Shown here one piece after another: positions 27,877 through 36,569 of a DNA stretch of 62,417 bases. Numbering within the stretch: position 1 is the first letter of the stretch; every line of letters begins with the position of its first letter. A program made the position numbers and the translations under genes. This stretch comes from Candidatus Nanoarchaeia archaeon (GTDB taxonomy: Archaea; Nanobdellota; Nanobdellia; SCGC-AAA011-G17; JACPNG01), in assembly GCA_028713535.1 (NCBI GenBank), contig JAQTOC010000004.1, positions 1-62,417 of the forward strand. The letters are read 5' to 3'. Below the pieces are notes generated by a model. The model was not told where the DNA came from. It was given only the letters and a program-made list of their open reading frames with translations, and made no database searches.

Positions 27877-28521
27877 ATGAAAAAGAATAATTCCAAGTAT
27901 CTCCTGTGGATTCTTGTTGTTCTTGCTATAATTGTTGTTTGTGCTTTGGTGTTGTTTTTTACTAATCAACCAATAATTTCAGAAGAGACTGTAGATGAAG
28001 GAATCCTTGGGGATGCAACAAAAGAACTCCCAAAAAAAGCATACCAGCTTGACATGGAGATAGGATCAAAAATTAATATTAACAAGAAAAGAATAACTCT
28101 TAGTGGCATAAGCTCAGATAACTCAGTAAGTGTAAACGTAGACAGCAAGATAGACAAGATAAGATTAGGAAGCTCAAGAACAGTAAATGACGTAAAAATA
28201 AAAAATATGTATTCAAATCCAGAAGGGAATGTGACAGAAGCTTATGCAATCTTGGGTGTCCAAGCCGCATCAATAACCTGCAAGGATTTAGATAATGGAA
28301 TCAATTACTTCACAAAAGAGAGTGCATCCGGACCACTATCCTCAGAAAATCCTCAAAAGATAATGGTAAGGACAGATAAATGTTTAAACTCCATAAAATT
28401 AATTGAGTATTGGTGCAATAACAACGGTTATTTAAAATCCGAAACATATTCCTGCCCAAATGGCTGCAGATATGGAGCATGCATTAAGGATTCAAGGGAT
28501 ATAGTAACCCAAACAAGCTAA
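27877..28521 (+). CDS. Membrane-anchored secreted protein with Cys-rich C-terminal module
   Basis: ATG 27877 sits 6 nt after GAGGTGA. N-terminal signal anchor. C-terminal CKDLDNG...EYWCNNNG...CPNGCRYGAC module. Confidence 0.6.
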   Translation: MKKNNSKYLLWILVVLAIIVVCALVLFFTNQPIISEETVDEGILGDATKELPKKAYQLDMEIGSKININKKRITLSGISSDNSVSVNVDSKIDKIRLGSSRTVNDVKIKNMYSNPEGNVTEAYAILGVQAASITCKDLDNGINYFTKESASGPLSSENPQKIMVRTDKCLNSIKLIEYWCNNNGYLKSETYSCPNGCRYGACIKDSRDIVTQTS

Positions 28522-28571
28522 TTAAAAAAGCTTATATAGTTAATTTATTTACAACTTAAAGAGGTGATTTC

Positions 28572-29078
28572 ATGGATAAAAAAGGTGCAGTTGAACTTTC
28601 AATTTCTACAATAGTTGTTGTTATCATAGGTGTAACATTATTGGTGTTAGGCCTTACATTTGTAAGAGGGATATTTAAAAAAGTTGGTAGTTTGTCAGAC
28701 CAGTCCTTCCAGGTAGGGGAAAAAATGATACAAGATCAGATGTCCTCAGAGCAGAAATTCTGGATATCAGGAGTAACATTTGAAATTGAATCTGGAGAAT
28801 CAATAACAGTCCATACAGGAATACAAAACTTTGGTGACCCCGGAGTCTCAAATACGTTTGAGCTTAAGGTAGAACCCGGCCAAGGTGTTGGAAAAGATTG
28901 GTTTACTTTGCCCCCTAGCATGAAAGTCAGTGTAGGCGAGAAAAAAGCATTTCCATTCGTCATTAATGTTCCTAAAGGGACTGAGCCAGGAAAAGTATTT
29001 ACATTTAATATTATCGCATCAAAAGACAGCAAAGAATACGACAGCCAGGCAATAATCATAAAAATAGCAAAGGAATAA
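28572..29078 (+). CDS. Archaeal type IV pilin-like protein (class III signal peptide)
   Basis: MDKKGAVELSISTIVVVIIGVTLLVLGL is a textbook KKG|A prepilin signal. The remainder is a beta-rich domain. GAGGTGA Shine-Dalgarno upstream. Confidence 0.7.
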   Translation: MDKKGAVELSISTIVVVIIGVTLLVLGLTFVRGIFKKVGSLSDQSFQVGEKMIQDQMSSEQKFWISGVTFEIESGESITVHTGIQNFGDPGVSNTFELKVEPGQGVGKDWFTLPPSMKVSVGEKKAFPFVINVPKGTEPGKVFTFNIIASKDSKEYDSQAIIIKIAKE

Positions 29079-29149
29079 ACTTCCTTTTTCTTTCCTTGTT
29101 TTGGTAATAGAAACCTTTTTAAATCAATTATTTTCTATCTTGCTATAAA

Positions 29150-29611
29150 ATGGTAATGTACAACACTAAACCAGAAATCATAGTAGAAAAGACTGCTTTA
29201 GAACTAAAGAAAACAATAAAGGCACCTGAATGGTCTAAGTTCGTAAAAACCGGAGTTGCAAAAGAAAGGCCTCCAGAGGACTTGGATTGGTGGTACAAAA
29301 GAGCAGCCTCAATTCTAAGAAAAATCTATATGTATGGCCCGATTGGTGTTTCAAAATTAAGGGTAAAATACGGCTCTAAGAAAAACCGTAAAACCAAACC
29401 AGAGAAATTTTACAGAGCATCTGGAAAAGTTATAAGGACAATCCTGCAGCAATTAGAAGAGCAAAAACTTATTGAAAAGGCTGCCAAAGGCGTTCATAAA
29501 GGAAGGATTATTACAAATAAAGGAAAGAGTCTATTAGATAAGATAGGTAAAGATGGCAATAAAGTGGTTAGCAAAGAAGAAAAGACTGGCAAAGAAGCTA
29601 GATCAAACTAA
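29150..29611 (+). CDS. rps19e: 30S ribosomal protein S19e
   Basis: APEWSKFVKTGVAKERPPEDLDWWYKRAASILRKIY and RKILQ-like QQLE motifs are typical of S19e. Confidence 0.9.
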   Translation: MVMYNTKPEIIVEKTALELKKTIKAPEWSKFVKTGVAKERPPEDLDWWYKRAASILRKIYMYGPIGVSKLRVKYGSKKNRKTKPEKFYRASGKVIRTILQQLEEQKLIEKAAKGVHKGRIITNKGKSLLDKIGKDGNKVVSKEEKTGKEARSN

Positions 29612-29723
29612 ATGGGCTCCATTCTGGACAGTTCCAAAAAAGTATGGCCCTGGAAAAAAGATTCACCCAGGTAGGCATACAACCATTAAAAGAAGCTGGA
29701 AAAGAACAAGGACAAGAGCATAA
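29553..29723 (+). CDS. rpl39e: 50S ribosomal protein L39e
   Basis: Below the ORF-track length cutoff. Manual translation gives MAIKWLAKKKRLAKKLDQTKWAPFWTVPKKYGPGKKIHPGRHTTIKRSWKRTRTRA (56 aa), a typical L39e. It overlaps the S19e 3' end in another frame. Confidence 0.8.
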   Translation: MAIKWLAKKKRLAKKLDQTKWAPFWTVPKKYGPGKKIHPGRHTTIKRSWKRTRTRA

Positions 29724-29725
29724 AC

Positions 29726-30229
29726 ATGGCAGATCTAAAACGTGATTATATCATTAACTTAAGAAAGGAAATAGAAAAAGTTCCTAGGTATAAAAAGACA
29801 TCCAAGGCAATGAAAGGCCTGAGAAAATTCATTCTGAAAAATATGAAAGTTGATGAAGTCAAGATTCTTCCAGAGCTAAATGAGTTTATTTTTTCACAAG
29901 GAAGGAAAAACCCTCCAACAAGGGTTGAAGTCACATGCTTAAAAATCGAGGATAAAGATAAGTCAATTGCAAGGGCAAATTTGAAAGGACATAAGGTAGA
30001 GCCTGAAGAGAAAAAGGAAAAGAAAGGCCTTGAAAAACTAAAAGACAAGATAACAGGAAAGGACAAAGAGGAAAAAACAAAAGAAGATGTTCTTGAGCAC
30101 AAAGAAACAAAGGAAATAAAGGAAAAAGAAATTAAGAAATTCCATCTGGATAAAGAAACAAAAGAGACTGAAAAACCTCATGCTCACAGAAAGCAGGAAA
30201 AAGTCATTGGAACTAAGGCTGATAAGTAA
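29726..30229 (+). CDS. rpl31e: 50S ribosomal protein L31e with long Lys/Glu-rich C-terminal extension
   Basis: The core (YIINLRKEIEKVPRYKKTSKAMKGLRKFILKNMKV..VKILPELNEFIFSQGRKNPPTRVEV) matches L31e. About 80 extra K/E-rich residues follow. Confidence 0.85.
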   Translation: MADLKRDYIINLRKEIEKVPRYKKTSKAMKGLRKFILKNMKVDEVKILPELNEFIFSQGRKNPPTRVEVTCLKIEDKDKSIARANLKGHKVEPEEKKEKKGLEKLKDKITGKDKEEKTKEDVLEHKETKEIKEKEIKKFHLDKETKETEKPHAHRKQEKVIGTKADK

Positions 30230-33200
30230 TTATTTTGTTGTAGCTATTTTAACTTCTGGCATAGTATCTTCATCATTAGACCATAAGACATTTCCTTCTT
30301 TATCAGAAACACTAAGTCTGGCTCTCAATGCCACAACATAATTATCATCCTTTTCTCCAAGATCAGTTCTTAATTTTAAGCAACTATTAGAAGCCTCATC
30401 TCCATCAACCCCATTAACATAAACTCTGAATGGTTCTGAAATCGAATATAAGCTTTCGCCAAGATTAAATCCTATGTGAGTATCATAAAATACAGTAGTA
30501 CCCATAACCTCTTCTTTACCAATTTTAACTTCAACAGTATATCCGCTGCAATCTCCTTTGTATGGAACAACTAATCCAAATTTATTATCATAACAGTTCA
30601 AGGTCTTCCCAACCGCACTTTGTTTCTTGCTATTCTTATCTATATACTTCCAAGTGATTTTGCCATAATCAACCTGGCAAATCTTATAAGTAGGACTTAA
30701 ACATTTTCCATTAGTACATCTCTCATTTGCTTTACAATGAGTTTCAACCCATACTTTATTTTCACATTTCCAAACAGAGTTTTCAGTCTTATCACAAACA
30801 GGACCAGGATAGTTAGCTATATCACAATAAGTATTTGTGTCAGGGGCAAAGGAAGTAGCACATCTTGCCTTTCCATTTTCTTCCACGCAAATCTTTTTTT
30901 CATCAGCACAGTACCCATTTGTAACCATAGATTGTTTTAATAAATCTAACAAGTCTGCCTCCTCGCTGGTAACTGTATCACCTAAAACTCCTTCAATTTC
31001 CTGAGAACCAAGAGGAATCCAATAATTGCCTGTTTTGTACTGACTCAAAATAGGTTTATCTTTGCAGGTTTTATCATTTTTAGAATCATACCCACACAAA
31101 TGCATGCAAGCAAGCAAAACATTACTGTCGCTTCCTCCGCACTTGGTGGTTCCCAATGTATCATAACAAATACTATTCACAAACTTCAGAGAAGATATAA
31201 CCTTCTCCTCTTTACTAACAGATCCAGCTCCAAGATTACAAATAGCTCCTTTATTAGCATCTGAAACACATCCATTAGCGCAACTACAAAATTCTTTTTT
31301 GGTTTTGTCACAATTCATGCCTTCTGTGTAAAGGATATTCTCCCAAGCAAGGGTCTTTCCAGATCCCACACATTTAACCAATATCTGCTGGGTGTCTGAG
31401 TATTCAACACATGCAAATTTATCACGATTAATCTCATTGCACAACTCTCCAATGTGTACAAACTTAGCATTAGATTTAACACCTTTTTTGGTAAGAGGTT
31501 GTTTAGCATCTGTTTGTTTACCAACTATTGTTGCTTTAATCTCATCTTTTTCTTTAGCTTCAATCTTAGATTTGACTTCACATCCTCTTGGAAGGACGAT
31601 TTCTTTTCCAACATCAATGCTGTTTACATTTTCAATTTTATTTTTATCCTTAACACATTTATTAACAAAATCAAGCAAGAGAGCAGACTCAGAAATTCCC
31701 TCCTCTTTTCCAGTTACTTTTTTAAGAAGGGGTTTATTCTCTTTGATGTGACCAATTAATTTATCACAATTATCCCTGACGATTGTTGTAAGCCAATCCC
31801 CAGACTTGACAGTATATTTAATTTCTTCAGAATAATCACAAAATTCATTTGCAGAAAGGGATTTTTCAGTGGATGTTTTTGCATCTTTTGTTTCTTGTGC
31901 AACTTTAGCCTTTGCAGCCTCGACTTCAGAAACAGTCTTTTCAACAAAAGTAGCACACTTTAATTTAATTTCATCATAGGCCTGCTTGGTGTTAAACTCC
32001 TGAGCAGATTCAAAGACATTGCTGTCAACCAGATCTCCAAAATGACTCTCAGTTATGGCACAAACCTTTTTTGTCTTGGGTATATAATAAAAATTATAGC
32101 CAGCACGGCCCGTAGGAACTTCCTCGCTTATAATAAAATCCTTTCCACTGAACAAATTTGAAAATTCAGCCGTCCCTTTAATCTTTAATTGCTTATTAGT
32201 TTCATAAGCTTTGGTATCAATCTCAATATCATTTTCCATAACAGAAATTTTCTCATCTTTCAAAAATGTTCCTTTTATTTTAATCTCTCCGGTTAAATCT
32301 GTAAATTTAATTGGGTTACTTACAGAAACCTCCTCAAAAACAGAATCTTCAGTAGTTACAAAATTATTATCTTCATAGCCTGTTAGAGACTGGCCAGAAG
32401 GGCCTATAAAGTTTAATTTTCCCTTGGAAAGCTCTATCTCCTTAAAATCATCATACTTGATTTCAACCCACTTGTTCCCTCCGGAAAACTCAAATCTGAA
32501 ATTCCCTGGCTGGACCTCATCTGAAGCAACAATTGTTGTTGATTCATCCCCTACAATAAATGAACATTTTTTATCCTTAAGTGAGACAGATATCGAATTT
32601 TCAAACTGGATTAAATTGCCGCATACATCTGCCGGAGAATCTTTTGAAGTTGAAACCTTCATGTCCTTCTTAAGAGAACTATAGTAAAAACTTAGTTTTT
32701 CATCAGGCTGAATGTTATTTTCATCAAATCCAAAGTCCTGCCCCTTAAACTTAAATATGGGGGTGGATGTATCCGCCTGTTTCAAAAAGAATTTAATAAC
32801 TGGATTATTAATTTTAAGTCCAACTGCTCCTGAATCTTGGGTAGGAACTCCTGTAATCTCTGAAAGAATATCTGAAGAAACAGAACAGTCTCCAGATATA
32901 ACAACATAAGAAACATCCAACAGATTATTTCCTTCCCCTTCACTTAGCCTAAGAGTATATTTCTCAAAAGGTCCATTTTTATATTTAATCTGCTCCCCAA
33001 CAACATCAAAATTAAAGACTAAGTCGTTTTTAGAAAATCCAAATAACTTCTCATAATTATTAAATGCAGCATCAGTTGCTTCAACCCTAAAGGTATCACA
33101 ACCAAGATTAGCTAAAGCTTTAGGAGTAGTGATATACAAAACTTCCTTGCCATCGATAGTATCAAGATTAAATAAAATTTCCTCAGCACTGACAAATCCA

Positions 33201-33244
33201 CTAACCAAAACTGCAAGCATAATCAATAAAATAAATTTCCTCAT
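30230..33244 (-). CDS. Giant secreted surface protein (1004 aa) with LysM-like segment and Cys-rich C-terminal half
   Basis: Signal peptide MRKFILLIMLAVLVSGFVSAEE. LysM-like YTVKSGDWLTTIVRDNC...VGKEIVLP. The C-terminal ~450 aa are Cys-rich. ATGA overlap with the upstream prepilin-like gene. Confidence 0.8.
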   Translation of the reverse strand: MRKFILLIMLAVLVSGFVSAEEILFNLDTIDGKEVLYITTPKALANLGCDTFRVEATDAAFNNYEKLFGFSKNDLVFNFDVVGEQIKYKNGPFEKYTLRLSEGEGNNLLDVSYVVISGDCSVSSDILSEITGVPTQDSGAVGLKINNPVIKFFLKQADTSTPIFKFKGQDFGFDENNIQPDEKLSFYYSSLKKDMKVSTSKDSPADVCGNLIQFENSISVSLKDKKCSFIVGDESTTIVASDEVQPGNFRFEFSGGNKWVEIKYDDFKEIELSKGKLNFIGPSGQSLTGYEDNNFVTTEDSVFEEVSVSNPIKFTDLTGEIKIKGTFLKDEKISVMENDIEIDTKAYETNKQLKIKGTAEFSNLFSGKDFIISEEVPTGRAGYNFYYIPKTKKVCAITESHFGDLVDSNVFESAQEFNTKQAYDEIKLKCATFVEKTVSEVEAAKAKVAQETKDAKTSTEKSLSANEFCDYSEEIKYTVKSGDWLTTIVRDNCDKLIGHIKENKPLLKKVTGKEEGISESALLLDFVNKCVKDKNKIENVNSIDVGKEIVLPRGCEVKSKIEAKEKDEIKATIVGKQTDAKQPLTKKGVKSNAKFVHIGELCNEINRDKFACVEYSDTQQILVKCVGSGKTLAWENILYTEGMNCDKTKKEFCSCANGCVSDANKGAICNLGAGSVSKEEKVISSLKFVNSICYDTLGTTKCGGSDSNVLLACMHLCGYDSKNDKTCKDKPILSQYKTGNYWIPLGSQEIEGVLGDTVTSEEADLLDLLKQSMVTNGYCADEKKICVEENGKARCATSFAPDTNTYCDIANYPGPVCDKTENSVWKCENKVWVETHCKANERCTNGKCLSPTYKICQVDYGKITWKYIDKNSKKQSAVGKTLNCYDNKFGLVVPYKGDCSGYTVEVKIGKEEVMGTTVFYDTHIGFNLGESLYSISEPFRVYVNGVDGDEASNSCLKLRTDLGEKDDNYVVALRARLSVSDKEGNVLWSNDEDTMPEVKIATTK

Positions 33245-33939
33245 TTTTCCACCCTGTTTGCAAATACTAATTCATAATCTGAATTGACATCTCCAACCAT
33301 ATAAACCATTGATTTTTCCTCGTCAAAAGAAGAATAAGTTACATCATAACCAATGTCTTTTAAAAACTCAGGATAAACATACCCAGGATCTTTTTCAGTT
33401 TTTTCAATAATGCTTAAAGCAGCACCATAGCATCCCTTGACATCAAAGTTAAACTCAGCCTCAGAGCTATCTTCAATTTTATATTCCTTGTCTCCTTTTT
33501 TCAGGTTTAAGTAATAATCCACATTGGTAGTTACAGTGTCTCCAATCTCAACCAAAACCTCGTTGCTCTTATCCAAAACCTCATACTCAGAAAGGTCAAC
33601 GCAGTCAAATAAGTTATTAGAAACATAATTTGAAACTTCAGTCTCCATTATGTCTAAATCAGGCAGGTAATTTTTCCCCAAATAATAACCATAACTGACC
33701 TTGATGCCCTGTACATCTAGGTAATTCTCAGAGTTAAGACTCCCTCCAGATAATCCAACAAGCAGCAACGATTCTCTGCTCAAATCATTGAAACAGCCCT
33801 CGATTTGCTCTCTGACTTCAGGGGCTTCTCCAGTAAAAATCCCTTGATTTATGCTTGGGATCAAGAAGATTAAGCCAACAACAATAACAACTATAATTCC
33901 AATAATAACAAACAAAGCAACCTGTCCCCTTTTTTGCAT
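33241..33939 (-). CDS. Prepilin-like protein (class III signal peptide), paralog of 2955..3761
   Basis: Start moved to ATG 33939, giving MQKRGQVALFVIIGIIVVIVVGLIFLI, nearly identical in pattern to the N-terminus of 2955..3761. The rest aligns by eye. Confidence 0.65.
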   Translation of the reverse strand: MQKRGQVALFVIIGIIVVIVVGLIFLIPSINQGIFTGEAPEVREQIEGCFNDLSRESLLLVGLSGGSLNSENYLDVQGIKVSYGYYLGKNYLPDLDIMETEVSNYVSNNLFDCVDLSEYEVLDKSNEVLVEIGDTVTTNVDYYLNLKKGDKEYKIEDSSEAEFNFDVKGCYGAALSIIEKTEKDPGYVYPEFLKDIGYDVTYSSFDEEKSMVYMVGDVNSDYELVFANRVEK

Positions 33940-34085
33940 ATTATTCCTAGCTTTAAATCCTATAAAAACTTTTCTGTAAAAGAAGAGGGTTAAATCCTTG
34001 TAGAATATACTTACTCTCAAGTAACAACAAAACAAAAGGTTTATAAATCTGTTAATGTCTACAAATAGCGATTAAAAATAATTAT

Positions 34086-34183
34086 TTCGTAGCAAACAAG
34101 GCTATATTCCAAAGGCGGAAAACCTTGTTTAGGACTTGTGTCCTTATAAATTCTATTTCTAGAATTTTCTTAAAAGCTACGGA
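34086..34183 (+). promoter_or_regulatory. Compact four-way-junction RNA structure in the 5' leader of 34233..35426
   Basis: Closing helix 34086-34093 / 34176-34183 (includes a plus-strand G-U pair at 34087/34182). It encloses three hairpins: 34094-34101/34123-34130, 34131-34135/34140-34144 and 34149-34155/34160-34166. TATA-like TTTATAAA near 34039-34046. AGGAGG at 34222-34227. Confidence 0.35.
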
Positions 34184-34232
34184 ATAAGTCGGAATGTTTA
34201 ATTTTCTTAACCATTAGTCATAGGAGGATAAA

Positions 34233-35426
34233 ATGGCTAAAAAAGATAAAAAAAAGGAAGAAACATCCAAGGGACCACAAAAACCATTCAATGGTATAAC
34301 AATCCCGGCAATTCCTGTCACCAAATCCGAATCTGCTGAGGTTCAACCTGCCCCTACCCCAAAACCGAAGGCTAAGGCCAAGACCTTGAAACCAACAACT
34401 CCGAAACTCAAATCAAAGAAAACTCAATCAGTGAAAGCTGAAGCCCAAAAACCAGAAGCCCAAAAGGCCACACCTGCCGTCACCCCGACTGCTGAAGAAA
34501 TTTCTGAATCTATTCATCATCAGTTTGTTCAACAAATTATCAAGCCCGATTCCGAGCAATCACCAACCATAACTATAAACATCCCGGACATACCTGCTCC
34601 TGCTCCAAAACCCAATCCGAAACCAGAAGTCAAACAACCAGTTCAGGAAAAGGCCAAAGATTTTCCATGGAAATTCGGAGGGGAATCCGTTCCTGAAGCA
34701 GCAGAAATTCAACCAGAACAACCCACAACCCCGAAGAAAAATGGTTTTCATTTCCCACATTTGCCAATATTGGCATGGAGCGGAATCTTCGCAGCAGTAA
34801 CTGTTCTCATCCTGATAATCCTCTTCCCCGGCATAAACAACAAGGTCATTACCTCAACGACCACTACCACTAAACCAATCGACAAGATGGACATACAATC
34901 TGTCAGCGATCCATCGCACATCGAAGGAATCCTTGGGCCTTTCAACTTCTCGTTTAAAACCGAGAAGTCATTCGAAACAACTGGGCCAGTAGGAAACCTT
35001 GGAAACGAAGAAATTCGCACCTATCTCGACGAGCTCAAAAAGCTCAAAGAGGTAACTTCCGAAACAAACCGCCATATAGTAAATTGTATCTACTACAAAG
35101 GCGGCGGGATGGATTGGTTAGCAGGATTATGTCCTTCCCAAAAACCAGTCGCAAAGGCCCTCATTGCTCTTCTCGAAAAAGAGAATCAAATGAGGAAAGA
35201 ACTCGGCCGCAAGGCCAATGTTCTAAACCTTCTGGGCGGCCATGCAATAACCATCCCTTACTCTTGGATTCCAAAACCGATTGAGCCCATTAAAGAGGAG
35301 CTCTTAGGGATTCTCAAGGAAGGGGTCAGCAATGGAGACAAGGATAGTTTCAAATTCGCATTAGAGGCTTGGGAAACCAAGGTCCTCAAGGAGGTAGTAA
35401 TATCCCAGCCTCCTCGGTTGAGATAA
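34233..35426 (+). CDS. Pro/Lys/Ala-rich single-pass membrane protein with globular C-terminal domain
   Basis: 397 aa. Low-complexity PKPKAKAKTLKPTTPKLK... N-terminal half, one TM (WSGIFAAVTVLILIILFPGI), then an ordered ~180-aa C-terminus. Visibly G+C-richer than its neighbours. Confidence 0.65.
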   Translation: MAKKDKKKEETSKGPQKPFNGITIPAIPVTKSESAEVQPAPTPKPKAKAKTLKPTTPKLKSKKTQSVKAEAQKPEAQKATPAVTPTAEEISESIHHQFVQQIIKPDSEQSPTITINIPDIPAPAPKPNPKPEVKQPVQEKAKDFPWKFGGESVPEAAEIQPEQPTTPKKNGFHFPHLPILAWSGIFAAVTVLILIILFPGINNKVITSTTTTTKPIDKMDIQSVSDPSHIEGILGPFNFSFKTEKSFETTGPVGNLGNEEIRTYLDELKKLKEVTSETNRHIVNCIYYKGGGMDWLAGLCPSQKPVAKALIALLEKENQMRKELGRKANVLNLLGGHAITIPYSWIPKPIEPIKEELLGILKEGVSNGDKDSFKFALEAWETKVLKEVVISQPPRLR

Positions 35427-35472
35427 TCCGTCTCGGCACATACAGCTTGTGCCATGCCTCGTACTCGCACAA

Positions 35473-35510
35473 GGAAAGGGAAAACATCTCCCTTTCCTTT
35501 TTTTATTTTG
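35473..35510 (+). terminator. Intrinsic-type terminator (9-bp hairpin + T-tract)
   Basis: GGAAAGGGA (35473-35481) pairs with TCCCTTTCC (35489-35497) and is followed by TTTTTTTATTTT. Confidence 0.6.
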
Positions 35511-35566
35511 TTATATATACATCCATATCCAGAAACATTCATAAACTCTCTCTTTTATTCAATAAA

Positions 35567-36538
35567 ATGAATCAAAGAACTTTCAAGTTGTTAACAAAAA
35601 AACAAGCTGAAACAAATAAAGTCTATGGGATTAATCCAGACAAGAGGCCTTTAAAGGATTTAATCAATAATGGAATCGTGATAATTAATAAACCTCAGGG
35701 GCCAACCTCTCACCAAGTATCAGATTATGTTAAAAAAATATTAAATATAAGCAAAGCAGGTCACTCAGGTACATTAGATCCAAACGTAACAGGTGTTTTG
35801 CCAGTAGCATTAGCAAAATCAACAAAGATTCTTGAGTATTTTTTTAGGTTTAAAAAAGAATACATTGCCTTAATGTACGTTCATAAGGACTTTGACAGAA
35901 AAGAACTTGAAAAAATAATTGAAAAATTCAAAGGCAAAATAAAACAAATCCCTCCTCTAAAATCAGCAGTCAAAAGAGTTGAAAGAACAAGGGAAATTTA
36001 TTACCTTGATATTCTTGAGACAGAGGGAAGAAATGTTTTGTTAAGAGTTGGCTGCGAAGCAGGGACATACATCAGGACATTATGTCATGGTATTGGAAAA
36101 GAGCTGAAAACAGGCGCTCACATGTCTCAGTTGATAAGGACAAAATCAGGGCCTTTTACAGACAAGGATTGGCATTCATTATATGACTTAAAAGATGCAC
36201 TGGAATTTTCAAAGGAGAATGAATCAGAAATAAGAAAAATAATCATTCCGGTTGAAAAAGCAATTGATTTTATTCCAAAGATTTATGTTTTGGATTCTGC
36301 AGTAGATCCTTTGTGCCATGGCTCAGAGCTTTATTCAGGAGGCATTTCAAAATTAGATTCTGATATAAAAGAGAAAGATGATGTGGCAATTTTAACTCTG
36401 AAAGGAGAATTAGTTGCAGTCGGCAAGTCCTTATTTAGCTCTGAAGATTTAATGAATCAGCTTTCAGGTACTTCTGTAAAAACAAACAAAGTTTTTATGG
36501 AACAAGGAACATATCCAAAATATGAAAAAGAATCTTAA
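35567..36538 (+). CDS. cbf5: H/ACA RNP pseudouridine synthase Cbf5 (TruB family with PUA domain)
   Basis: Start moved to ATG 35567 (MNQRTFKLL...). GHSGTLDPNVTGVLPV catalytic motif. C-terminal PUA-like domain. Confidence 0.9.
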   Translation: MNQRTFKLLTKKQAETNKVYGINPDKRPLKDLINNGIVIINKPQGPTSHQVSDYVKKILNISKAGHSGTLDPNVTGVLPVALAKSTKILEYFFRFKKEYIALMYVHKDFDRKELEKIIEKFKGKIKQIPPLKSAVKRVERTREIYYLDILETEGRNVLLRVGCEAGTYIRTLCHGIGKELKTGAHMSQLIRTKSGPFTDKDWHSLYDLKDALEFSKENESEIRKIIIPVEKAIDFIPKIYVLDSAVDPLCHGSELYSGGISKLDSDIKEKDDVAILTLKGELVAVGKSLFSSEDLMNQLSGTSVKTNKVFMEQGTYPKYEKES

Positions 36539-36569
36539 ATAATTTTATAGAATCTAATTCTCAACAAGA

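Noticed and set aside
33940-34035. N-terminal extension of the ORF-track call 33241..34035 (and likewise 35369..35566 for Cbf5, 45044..45097 for the LTD protein)
   Set aside because: The extensions translate to implausible sequence (MFCCYLRVSIFYKDL...; MGNQGPQGGSNIPASS...). The internal ATGs give canonical N-termini: a prepilin signal, the Cbf5 start and a signal peptide.
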